DNA from: Flavipsychrobacter sp.
GTDB taxonomy: Bacteria > Bacteroidota > Bacteroidia > Chitinophagales > Chitinophagaceae
Direction: 5' to 3'
DNA length: 64,000 nucleotides
NCBI GenBank assembly: GCA_037190845.1
Contig: JBBCJI010000024.1
Span: forward strand, 27,455-91,454
Shown here: piece by piece, positions 50,412-58,744 of the stretch
Layout: each line of letters starts with the position of its first letter
Numbering within the stretch: position 1 is the stretch's first letter
The notes under the pieces: generated by a model
Seen by the model: only the letters and a program-made list of their open reading frames with translations
Databases searched by the model: none
What the model was told of the DNA's origin: nothing
Program-made: the position numbers and the translations under genes

Positions 50412-50819
50412 GTGTGCTTATTTCATAATGGTTTGTTCCTGCTGCACCAGTCGGTGGAACTGCTGTTACGCGCCTTTATCATTGCCGTAACGGGGCAGGA
50501 GGTGAAAAGGCATATCCTGTCGGATCTGATGAAGCATACGCTCCGTTATGCGCCGGGACTGAAAGCCTGTCGTACCGCTTCAGGCACATCGGTCCACCAC
50601 CTGCCGGAACGGCTGGAAAAGGCCTATGTCTGCGGTCGGTATTCGCCGCATTTCCAGCTTGCGCCGGCAACACTGCCGGAACTGTACGAACAGGTAGGGT
50701 TATTACAGGATGCATTGAAAAAAGCATTTGCCCGCCTGATGGAGGCGTATGGGCTTTGCGGACGGCAGGAGGCGCCAGTGTTTCATGCATTAGAAGGGAT
50801 AAAACGGATGTCTGCATAA
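50412..50819 (+). pseudogene. 3' fragment of HEPN-like gene (copy of 42472..42851), GTG start only
   Basis: About 93% identical to the C-terminal 130 aa of 42000..42851. Homology begins abruptly at 50442. Confidence 0.5.
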
Positions 50820-50907
50820 ACGCATGTGGGCAGGAATTTAGGCCACCATTCTTTTGTCTTCTTTTGGATACCTCAGATTTTTCTGAGCAAGAGAACAAAA
50901 CGAGTGT

Positions 50908-51207
50908 TTATTCACTCAATCGCTTTTTCAAATCCATCCTTTCGTGTAAAATTCTAATTATTTCAACTTCTTTATCGCTGACTTTTCGATAAAAGACAAT
51001 GTGCTTTCCAGCTCCAAATCCAACAAGCTCTTTTGAAATTTCTTCGTAGATTTTTCCGATAGTTGGTCTTTTTGCGATTGCTTCAAACGCTTCAATTAAA
51101 AGTGCATAGTACTGGTCTGCCTGATTTTCAGACCAGATCTCATAAGTATAGTCCCAAATTTTGGATAGGTCTTCGACTGCTTTATTGGTTAAATAGTATT
51201 TAGCCAT
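50908..51207 (-). CDS. parE: ParE/RelE-family toxin
   Basis: 99 aa. MAKYYLTNKAVEDLSKIWDYTYEIWSENQADQYY...IVFYR is a ParE-like fold pattern. It overlaps parD by 8 nt. Confidence 0.8.
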   Translation of the reverse strand: MAKYYLTNKAVEDLSKIWDYTYEIWSENQADQYYALLIEAFEAIAKRPTIGKIYEEISKELVGFGAGKHIVFYRKVSDKEVEIIRILHERMDLKKRLSE

Positions 51208-51451
51208 TTTTTTGCTTATTGGCTTTTAGCGCTGCCAAGTGCTTTTTCGCGTCGAAATTTTCGGCAATGCCGCTTTCAATTCCTTCGTGAATTGCATTTT
51301 TCAAAATTTGGATTTTGTTTTCTTCTTCTTCTAAGAGTCGAAGACCGGCTCTGATTACTTCACTTGCATTTTTGTAACGTCCCTGAGACACACTATTATC
51401 AACAAATTCTTCAAAATAGTTTCCAAGTGATACGGATGTATTTCGTCCCAT
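51200..51451 (-). CDS. parD: ParD-type (RHH) antitoxin
   Basis: 83 aa, near-identical to 43116..43367. Confidence 0.85.
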   Translation of the reverse strand: MGRNTSVSLGNYFEEFVDNSVSQGRYKNASEVIRAGLRLLEEEENKIQILKNAIHEGIESGIAENFDAKKHLAALKANKQKNG

Positions 51452-51472
51452 GGTTTTGAATTTTTAATAAAG

Positions 51473-51489
51473 TTACCAATATTTGGTAA
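51473..51489. promoter_or_regulatory. Palindrome TTACCAATATTTGGTAA (second copy of parDE operator)
   Basis: Seen directly. Confidence 0.5.
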
Positions 51490-51543
51490 CTCTGGTGTCG
51501 GTTTTATGTTAATGTTCATGGACACCACAGGATTTTCGGTGGG

Positions 51544-51653
51544 GCAATAAGTCTGGAAGGTTTGGTTGGTAGGATGGCTTGGGGCAGATGAAGATACGAC
51601 TGTGCTTGTTTAACGGGCATCCGGAAATGACCGCGAGGGCTTTGAGGAAGCAG
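51544..51653 (+). repeat. Degenerate copy C of the giant gene 3' end
   Basis: Aligns to 37776..37896 and is almost identical to copy B. Confidence 0.75.
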
Positions 51654-51717
51654 GCATTTGTATCAGTTAATGGAGATAGTTACTTTTATCTTATCCAAAG
51701 CGTCTTGAGGCTGGAAC

Positions 51718-51873
51718 ATGGACAAGCTAATGTTATCAATCGCAGTAATTCCAGGGATATGGATCGCCCTAAAGTTTAGTGGTGTTTTCCATCGCGTGAT
51801 TGTCTTTGTGCTTGCCCTTTCTGTTGGATTGCTCTGGAGTGGAGATCCGCGCATTATTACAGGTAGCTCTTGA
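51718..51873 (+). pseudogene. Truncated 5' fragment (51 codons) of the 43634-type membrane protein gene
   Basis: MDKLMLSIAVIPGIWIALKFSGVFHRVIVFVLALSVGLLWSGDPRIITGSS*. Identity with 43634..44074 ends at the duplication boundary. Confidence 0.5.
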
Positions 51874-51950
51874 TTTTTCGAGGGGGATCATGAATGACGG
51901 AAAGGGTTGATGTGTATACACAGCGTAAAACGCTTCTTTTATTAAGGAAC

Positions 51951-52580
51951 TCAATATTCCATTCTGTCAAAACCGCTTTTAGCACTATATTCACGGGTAA
52001 CGGCATTAATGATTCCCCTTTCAAGCATATCCTTCAATTCTTCTCTGCTATAACGGTTTTCTTCTCCTTGTATGAACGAATCGTCATTGTCCAGTTTGTT
52101 GACAAACCTGTAATACTGCTTTTTATTGCGACAGACAACGATCGTGTCGTCACGGACATCAAGAACTCTGAGAAAGAAATAAAACTTGGAATAGTTTTCA
52201 TCGATTCTTATAGTGTATACGTCGTCGGTCTGGGGATTTGCGATAAACAATCTCTTTTCTTTTTGTGTGTTCAGATTCGCGTAAATGACCAGTGCGATTG
52301 CACTGGCGAGCAGGATTAAGGATGTATATAGGTAAAACGGCGTCCTTGTGGATTTTTCATAGTGCTGTTTGACTACTGTCAGCATCATAGGAGCCCCACA
52401 ACAGTTGCATCTGATCTCAGTATGTTTATCACCGATAGGTACAATGGGAATAAAGAATGCATGATAGTACTGCCTGTACACTTTGACCTGCATATCGTAT
52501 GACGCACAATCCTTACAGGGCTGTTGTTCGTGCTTATACCTTTTTATCCTTGCTGTCCGGGTGCCATAAATTAGAAACAT
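51951..52580 (-). CDS. Zinc-ribbon-containing hypothetical membrane-anchored protein
   Basis: CKDCASYD...CNCCGAPM cysteine pairs, one TM helix, 209 aa. Confidence 0.5.
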   Translation of the reverse strand: MFLIYGTRTARIKRYKHEQQPCKDCASYDMQVKVYRQYYHAFFIPIVPIGDKHTEIRCNCCGAPMMLTVVKQHYEKSTRTPFYLYTSLILLASAIALVIYANLNTQKEKRLFIANPQTDDVYTIRIDENYSKFYFFLRVLDVRDDTIVVCRNKKQYYRFVNKLDNDDSFIQGEENRYSREELKDMLERGIINAVTREYSAKSGFDRMEY

Positions 52581-52593
52581 GATAATCGCTCGT

Positions 52594-53115
52594 TTATAGA
52601 GTGTGTGATAAGTGTGTGGTTGGCAGCATTTGTCTATACCATATCAACGAGAAAAGGACAGCCAGTTCATATAGAGATAAGACCATCCACACCAGCATAA
52701 AGCTGAACTCCTTTGTATGTATGCTTCTTCTCCGGAAGAGGCAGTATAGGTATAACAACACAGGCGCCATCAGGACATAATGTAATGCCAGGGCGCCCGA
52801 CCAGTGCTGGATTCTGAAAATAAAAGCGATGATAAACGCCAGGCCTAAAGTTGCTATGGATATTCTTTCCGGAATGCCGATATTCCACATGAGTAAAGCA
52901 TACTGGGTGGTCAGCAACGCCATCAGGAGCAGGACGCCGATACATATCGGTATCCCCATCCCCGGAATTAACCATACAGAAATGAAACTCCCGAACAGCC
53001 CCCAGGAAATGATCTTATGGAAGACGCCTTGATGGCGAAAGGATAATACAGCGCCCGTTACTGCAGCAATCGAGGATATAATATAAAACACCATGGAATG
53101 TGAAAGATAGATCAT
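52594..53115 (-). CDS. Small multi-pass membrane protein, inverted paralog of 43634..44074
   Basis: 173 aa with shared FRHQGVFHKI and RRRSIHTKEFSFMLVWMVLSLYEL motifs. Confidence 0.6.
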   Translation of the reverse strand: MIYLSHSMVFYIISSIAAVTGAVLSFRHQGVFHKIISWGLFGSFISVWLIPGMGIPICIGVLLLMALLTTQYALLMWNIGIPERISIATLGLAFIIAFIFRIQHWSGALALHYVLMAPVLLYLYCLFRRRSIHTKEFSFMLVWMVLSLYELAVLFSLIWYRQMLPTTHLSHTL

Positions 53116-53325
53116 TTATTTCAAAATGAATATTTGTTCGGGTGTGACCATTCGAATTATAGGAAATAATCCGTTTGTCGGGAGCCGCTGACACTGAAAC
53201 GCTGTTTATATAGATTATCCCGGTATTGCATAGCACAGCAATTGCATGTACATTTATTAAATGGTTTCTGTCAGGGTGTGTGAATGCCCGGCGTAAGGTC
53301 ATACTATTGTTTAATTTATTCGCAC

Positions 53326-56300
53326 ATGAAATTCCTGTTCTCCGCTATCTGCCGTTCTTTTCTTTTGCTGCTCCTGCTGCTGAATGCCTGTAAGGACAAT
53401 GATCATGCTGTCCACGTCTCTTCGACCAGCTTTGAAGGCGAAGTGGCTCAGTTGCAGAACCTTGGGTTCTTTTTCAATAAAGACCTCGTACCGGATAGTT
53501 GCCTGCACCGCTGGGACAGTACGGAATACCTCAGCTTTACGCCGGCAGTACGCGGGCTGTTCAAGTGGAATAATCCGGGAGAGCTGATTTTCTCTCCTAT
53601 GGCAGGATTTGAACCCGGTACGGAGTATTCCGTTACCCTGATGCCGGGTCTGCTGAAGAAGGCTGCTAAGGGATATCATCTGCAAACAGGCAAAAACGAT
53701 ATCCGTTTTTACACAGCGCCTTTAAGGGTGCAGCGAGCCAATCTTTCCTGGACGCAGGGCAACGGGACAGATCGTATAGTTACCCAGCTCGAACTGGTCT
53801 TTAATTACGAGGTGGATGTAACGGAAGCGGCATCGAAACTGAAATTACAGTTAGAGGGACAGTCGGTACCTTTTGCTACGCAGAGTAGCGGAACCGGCAG
53901 ATCGTTGCTTGTCTGGTTTGCGTTGCCGGGTGAGGCCCGCGACGAAGAAATACCGCTTGATATGTCTCTGGGCAAGGGAATTGCAGTAACCGGCAGCAAA
54001 TATGTTTCCAGCAGGGATACCAGCTTTCGCGAGCCTGTTCCTTCCCGTTTTAACCTTACCGTTACAGCGATATCCGCTCAGCATACAGGTGCCGGCGGAG
54101 TTGTAACCCTCAGCACGTCCCAGCCGGTAAGGGAAGAGCGGCTTCGGGATAAAATAAAGATATATCCTGAAATTCCTTTTGAAGTAGAAACCAACGAAAT
54201 AGGCCTGACGGTGAGCAGCGCTTCCTTTAAACCGGACCAGACATACAACATAACTGTTTCCGCCTCTTTGGAAGGCGCTTTCGGAGGGCGGATGAAACAG
54301 GATTATACCGGGCAGGCAATCTTTGGTAAACTTGATCCTTCTGTCCGCTTCGTAAATACAAAAGGGGTTTACATATCTTCTGCGGGGAACAGAAACCTCG
54401 CACTAAACATCGTCAGTGTGCCTGCAGTAAGGGTATCGGTGATTAAGGTTTATGAAAACAACCTGGAGTTTTTCCTGAGCAGGTACAAGCGCTATGGATA
54501 TCACTATGATGACGAAACGGACGAAGGGGGCAGCTATGAGTATTACGATACGGAAAATCTTGGAGATACCATATTCAGCAGGGATTATAATACGGATGAC
54601 CTTCCGGGGCAAAATGCCGCAAGGATATTGAATCTGAACTTCCAGGATAAGATAAAGGACTATGACGGGATATATGTGGTGACGGTAGCATCCAAAGATC
54701 ATAACTGGGTGCAGGATTCAAGGATCATATCTGTTTCCGATATCGGGCTGATCGTGAAGCAGGAACGGGATAATATCTATGTCTTTGCCAATTCAATCCT
54801 GCATGCCACTCCGATGGCAGGTGTCAGCATTTCGTTTATAAGCACGAACAACCAGAAGATGCATACCGTGACGACGGATAATGAGGGGGTAGCAGTGTTT
54901 CGGGATATCTCCAAAAAGTCGCCGGGCTTCCGGGCTGGGCTGATCACGGCCAAGCTGAAGCAGGATTTTAGCTTTATCTGGTTGCAGCAGAGCCGGATAG
55001 AGACTTCGCGATTTGACGTGGGTGGCCGGATACCAAACCATACAGGCCTTAATGCGTGGATATATGCAGAGCGTAATCTGTACCGGCCGGGCGAAACGAT
55101 CTCTGTGAGTACAGTGGTGAGGGATGAATCCTGGAACATACCTTCGGATATACCTGTGAAGCTCCGGCTGAAAATGCCCAATGGAAAGGAGTTTGCCACG
55201 CTCCGGAAGATGCTGGGTGCAGAGGGATCCTGTGAGGCTTCTTTTGCCATTCCGCATACGGCGCTTACAGGCACTTATATGCTGGAGGTGTTGTCGGGCA
55301 ACGATGTGTTGCTCAATAGTTATGCTTTCAGTATCGAAGAATTTATGCCTGACCGGATTAAGGCGGAGGTTGCCACAGACCGACAGGAATACCAGGCCGG
55401 TGATACGGTGTCCGTCGCTATCCGTGCGGATAATCTTTTTGGAACGCCGGCAGTGGGCAGGAATTATGACTGTGAGCTGACGCTTACGAAGGAAGATTTT
55501 AAAGTGAAGGAACTTCCGGATTATACATTTTCCATCAGTAATAATTTCAGTTATGAAAGCATATTCCGCCAGGGGAAAACAGATGGTCAGGGCACTGCGC
55601 GGGAGGAATTTCCTCTCAGTCAGTCTGTAAAAGATGCGGGTTTGCTAAAGGGTAGTATCACTTCCAGCGTGTTTGATGAAACGGGAAGGCCTGTGCATCG
55701 ATTTGCACATTTTACAGTATTTACGCAGTCTGCATATCTTGGAATAAAAGAGCTGGACTATTATACCGCTGTCCGGAAGCCCATGCATATCGGTCTGGTA
55801 GCTACGGACAAAAACGGAAAAGTGAAAACAGGGCAGCAGGCACAAGTGACGGTGCTGAAAAAAGAGTGGAATACCGTAATCGAACAAAGCGGCAGCCGGT
55901 ATAAGTATGTTTCACGGAAGCAGGAGAAGGTCCTGACGCAGAAGACGGTGTCTGTCAGTGGCACAGGTACCCGCTTTTCGTTCACGCCGGAGCTGAGCGG
56001 TGAATATGAGGTAAGGCTGGCGCTGCCGGGGAGCAATGGATTTGTATCCCGGACATTCTATGCCTGGGGCTGGGCAGAAACGGAATATTCTTCTTTTGAA
56101 GTGAATAACGAAGGCCATGTGAGCATCAAGCCCGACAAGGATCAGTATACTTCCGGAGAGACCATGCGGGTATTGTTTACCACGCCGTTCGAAGGGCGCA
56201 TGCTGGTGACGCTGGAGCGCGATAAGATCCTGAAGCATTATTACCTGAACACGAAAGACAAGTCGGCATCGCTGGATATTAAAACTGACGATCATTCCCT

Positions 56301-58740
56301 CCCGAATGTGTATATAACGGCTACACTTTTCCGGCCGATGGACGGGAGCGATATGCCGTTGACCGTTGCACATGGTTTTCGCAATGTGATGGTGGAACGT
56401 CCTGCCGGCAGGATACCGGTTGCGTTGCAGGTGGCGGAACAATCGCGTTCTGCCATGACCCAGAAGATAACCGTAAAAACGGAACCGGGGGCGTACGTGA
56501 CTATTGCCGCAGTGGATGAGGGGATTTTGCAGGTCCGGAATTATAAGAGTCCCGATCCGCATGCCTATTTTTATCAGAAGGTTGCGCTCACAACCGGTAG
56601 CTTTGATATCTATCCGCTGCTGTTGCCCGAGCTGAAGACCACCCGAAAAAGCACAGGCGGTGATGGCGGTGACGGGGATCAGCATCTGCGCGTGAATCCG
56701 CTGTTTGTAAACCGGGTGAAAAATGTTTCTTTCTGGAGCGGAATACGCCAGGCAGACAGCCGGGGTAATGTACAGTATGAGATAAGCATCCCGCGCTTTT
56801 CCGGCAGTCTGAGGGTAATGGCAGTGGCCTATAAGGGTAAAGGATTTGGTGGTGCGGATCATTATATGAAAGTTGCAGATCCGGTTGTGGTCAGCGCTGC
56901 TTTGCCCCGTTTCTTCAGCCCGAATGATGAAGCCGTAATGCCGGTAACGCTGAGTAATACTACCGGTAAGGATGCTGTTGCTGATGTAGAGGTGTTGGTT
57001 GCAGGCCCGCTTGGCGTTTCCGGGCAATCCAGGGAGCAGGTGCGGATACCGGCACACCGGGAAGCACGTGCTACGTTCAACATCAAAGCGGGTAATGCGA
57101 TTGGTGCAGGCAAGGTGACGGTAAAGGTGAAAGCGCTGAATGAAACATTCCTGAATGAAACGGATATTTCCGTGCGTCCTCCGGCTTCCTTGCAGAAGCG
57201 GACGGGGAATGGTATGGCCGAAGCCGATAAGACAACAACGGTTCGTCCGGAAGGTAGCTTCCTGCCGGAGACTGCTTCGGGATGGGTGCTGTTCAGCCGT
57301 TCTCCGCTGGTGGAATTCAGTAACAGCCTCAGCGACCTGGTGCAGTATCCGCATGGATGTGCTGAGCAGACGGTGTCCCGCGCGTTTCCTCAGTTGTATT
57401 ATCATGATCTGGTCAAAACCTTTTCTTCCTCGTCTTCAGAGGATGGCAATCCGGGTTATAATGTCCGCGAGGCGATCCTGAAGCTACAGTCGATGCAGCT
57501 TTCCAATGGTGCGCTGGCATACTGGCCCGGTGGTGGCTCTGAAAGCTGGTGGAGCTCTATATATGCGGCTCACTTCCTGCTTGAAGCACAAAAGGCAGGA
57601 TTTGAAGTGAACACGGGGACGGTTGGCCGGCTGCTGCAATACCTGAAGAACCGGTTGCAGAAGCGTGAAACGGAGATTTATTATTACAACAAAAACCTCA
57701 AAAAGGAAATTGCGGCCAAGGAGATTGCGTATTCGCTGTACATACTGGCTCTTGCCGGTCAGCCTCAGATGGCCACGATGAATTACTACAAAGGTAATCC
57801 GGACATGCTGGCGCTCGACAGTAAATATATGCTTGCCGCGGCCTATGGTATTGCAGGAAATAAGGCACAGGCCATGCAGGTACTTCCGGCTGAATTCAGC
57901 GGGGAAGAATCGGGGAGGTCATTTGGTGGCAGTTTCTATTCTTACATCAGGGATATGGGTGTTGCGCTGAATGCATTGCTGGAGCTTGATCCGGGGCATA
58001 AGCAGGTAGCGCCGCTGGCCCGCAGATTGTCGGAGCAGCTACGTAGCGCCCGTTACCTGAGCACGCAGGAACAGGTATGGGGTATCCTGGCCATCGGTAA
58101 AATTGCCCGTACCACGGCGGCCACGACTTCAGAAGCCACCGTTACTATACAGGGTAAACCTGCCGGAACGGTACAGGGGAAAGATATCAAGGTATCCATG
58201 AATGCTGCCAACAGGGGCAAGCCGGTGCAGTTACAGGTGAAAGGGAAGGGACCTTGGTATTATTTCTGGGAAATGAAAGGTATTACCGCTGATGGTGGAT
58301 ATCTTGAGGAGGATAACTTTATAAAAGTGCGCCGTACTTATTTTGACCGGAATGGCACGGTGTTGAGCGGTAATTCCTTCCGGCAGAACGATCTGATCGT
58401 GGTGCAGATTGCACTTTCATCCCAGTATAATGGTACCATTGAAAACGTGGTGGTGACAGACATGTTGCCGGCTGGTTTTGAGATAGAAAATGCCCGACTT
58501 ACAGAGCTGCCGCAGATGCAATGGATAAAGAATGAGACCCATGCGGATTATTCGGATATCCGCGATGACCGGATCAATCTGTTTACTACGCTCGATAGAA
58601 CCACGCAATATTTTTATTACATGGTGCGTGCGGTCTCACCGGGAGTATATCAGCAGGGGCCAGTACAGGCAGATGCTATGTACAACGGGGAATACCACTC
58701 CTATCACGGAGCCGGGAAGGTCGTCATCACAGCTCACTGA
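53326..58740 (+). CDS. Bacterial alpha-2-macroglobulin family lipoprotein (YfhM-like)
   Basis: Lipoprotein signal (LLLLNAC), about 1800 aa, and a thioester-type GCAEQT motif in the C-terminal third. It is followed 4 nt later by a PBP1C gene. Confidence 0.88.
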   Translation: MKFLFSAICRSFLLLLLLLNACKDNDHAVHVSSTSFEGEVAQLQNLGFFFNKDLVPDSCLHRWDSTEYLSFTPAVRGLFKWNNPGELIFSPMAGFEPGTEYSVTLMPGLLKKAAKGYHLQTGKNDIRFYTAPLRVQRANLSWTQGNGTDRIVTQLELVFNYEVDVTEAASKLKLQLEGQSVPFATQSSGTGRSLLVWFALPGEARDEEIPLDMSLGKGIAVTGSKYVSSRDTSFREPVPSRFNLTVTAISAQHTGAGGVVTLSTSQPVREERLRDKIKIYPEIPFEVETNEIGLTVSSASFKPDQTYNITVSASLEGAFGGRMKQDYTGQAIFGKLDPSVRFVNTKGVYISSAGNRNLALNIVSVPAVRVSVIKVYENNLEFFLSRYKRYGYHYDDETDEGGSYEYYDTENLGDTIFSRDYNTDDLPGQNAARILNLNFQDKIKDYDGIYVVTVASKDHNWVQDSRIISVSDIGLIVKQERDNIYVFANSILHATPMAGVSISFISTNNQKMHTVTTDNEGVAVFRDISKKSPGFRAGLITAKLKQDFSFIWLQQSRIETSRFDVGGRIPNHTGLNAWIYAERNLYRPGETISVSTVVRDESWNIPSDIPVKLRLKMPNGKEFATLRKMLGAEGSCEASFAIPHTALTGTYMLEVLSGNDVLLNSYAFSIEEFMPDRIKAEVATDRQEYQAGDTVSVAIRADNLFGTPAVGRNYDCELTLTKEDFKVKELPDYTFSISNNFSYESIFRQGKTDGQGTAREEFPLSQSVKDAGLLKGSITSSVFDETGRPVHRFAHFTVFTQSAYLGIKELDYYTAVRKPMHIGLVATDKNGKVKTGQQAQVTVLKKEWNTVIEQSGSRYKYVSRKQEKVLTQKTVSVSGTGTRFSFTPELSGEYEVRLALPGSNGFVSRTFYAWGWAETEYSSFEVNNEGHVSIKPDKDQYTSGETMRVLFTTPFEGRMLVTLERDKILKHYYLNTKDKSASLDIKTDDHSLPNVYITATLFRPMDGSDMPLTVAHGFRNVMVERPAGRIPVALQVAEQSRSAMTQKITVKTEPGAYVTIAAVDEGILQVRNYKSPDPHAYFYQKVALTTGSFDIYPLLLPELKTTRKSTGGDGGDGDQHLRVNPLFVNRVKNVSFWSGIRQADSRGNVQYEISIPRFSGSLRVMAVAYKGKGFGGADHYMKVADPVVVSAALPRFFSPNDEAVMPVTLSNTTGKDAVADVEVLVAGPLGVSGQSREQVRIPAHREARATFNIKAGNAIGAGKVTVKVKALNETFLNETDISVRPPASLQKRTGNGMAEADKTTTVRPEGSFLPETASGWVLFSRSPLVEFSNSLSDLVQYPHGCAEQTVSRAFPQLYYHDLVKTFSSSSSEDGNPGYNVREAILKLQSMQLSNGALAYWPGGGSESWWSSIYAAHFLLEAQKAGFEVNTGTVGRLLQYLKNRLQKRETEIYYYNKNLKKEIAAKEIAYSLYILALAGQPQMATMNYYKGNPDMLALDSKYMLAAAYGIAGNKAQAMQVLPAEFSGEESGRSFGGSFYSYIRDMGVALNALLELDPGHKQVAPLARRLSEQLRSARYLSTQEQVWGILAIGKIARTTAATTSEATVTIQGKPAGTVQGKDIKVSMNAANRGKPVQLQVKGKGPWYYFWEMKGITADGGYLEEDNFIKVRRTYFDRNGTVLSGNSFRQNDLIVVQIALSSQYNGTIENVVVTDMLPAGFEIENARLTELPQMQWIKNETHADYSDIRDDRINLFTTLDRTTQYFYYMVRAVSPGVYQQGPVQADAMYNGEYHSYHGAGKVVITAH

Positions 58741-58744
58741 TCAG

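Larger units (their letters stand above)
37897..51660. other. Composite accessory/defence region inserted 3' of the giant AAA gene
   Basis: AT-rich blocks (37.9-41.7 kb and 44.1-47.5 kb) alternate with GC-rich modules. Three degenerate copies of the target gene's 3' end are scattered through it. Genes include OLD, ParDE, HEPN and a helicase. No recombinase was found. Confidence 0.45.
50442..51866 (+). repeat. Segmental duplication, copy 2
   Basis: See copy 1. It has an intact parE-parD, a truncated HEPN ORF and a truncated membrane-protein gene. Confidence 0.7.

Noticed and set aside
37897-53000. Search for integrase, transposase or recombinase genes in the variable region
   Set aside because: None of the ORFs shows tyrosine-recombinase (R..HxxR..Y), serine-recombinase or DDE motifs, so the islands are described as composite or decayed, not as an intact mobile element.
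55912-57405. 497-aa minus-strand ORF inside the A2M gene
   Set aside because: It is antisense to a well-supported 1800-aa A2M ORF, with an R/H/C-rich nonsense composition.
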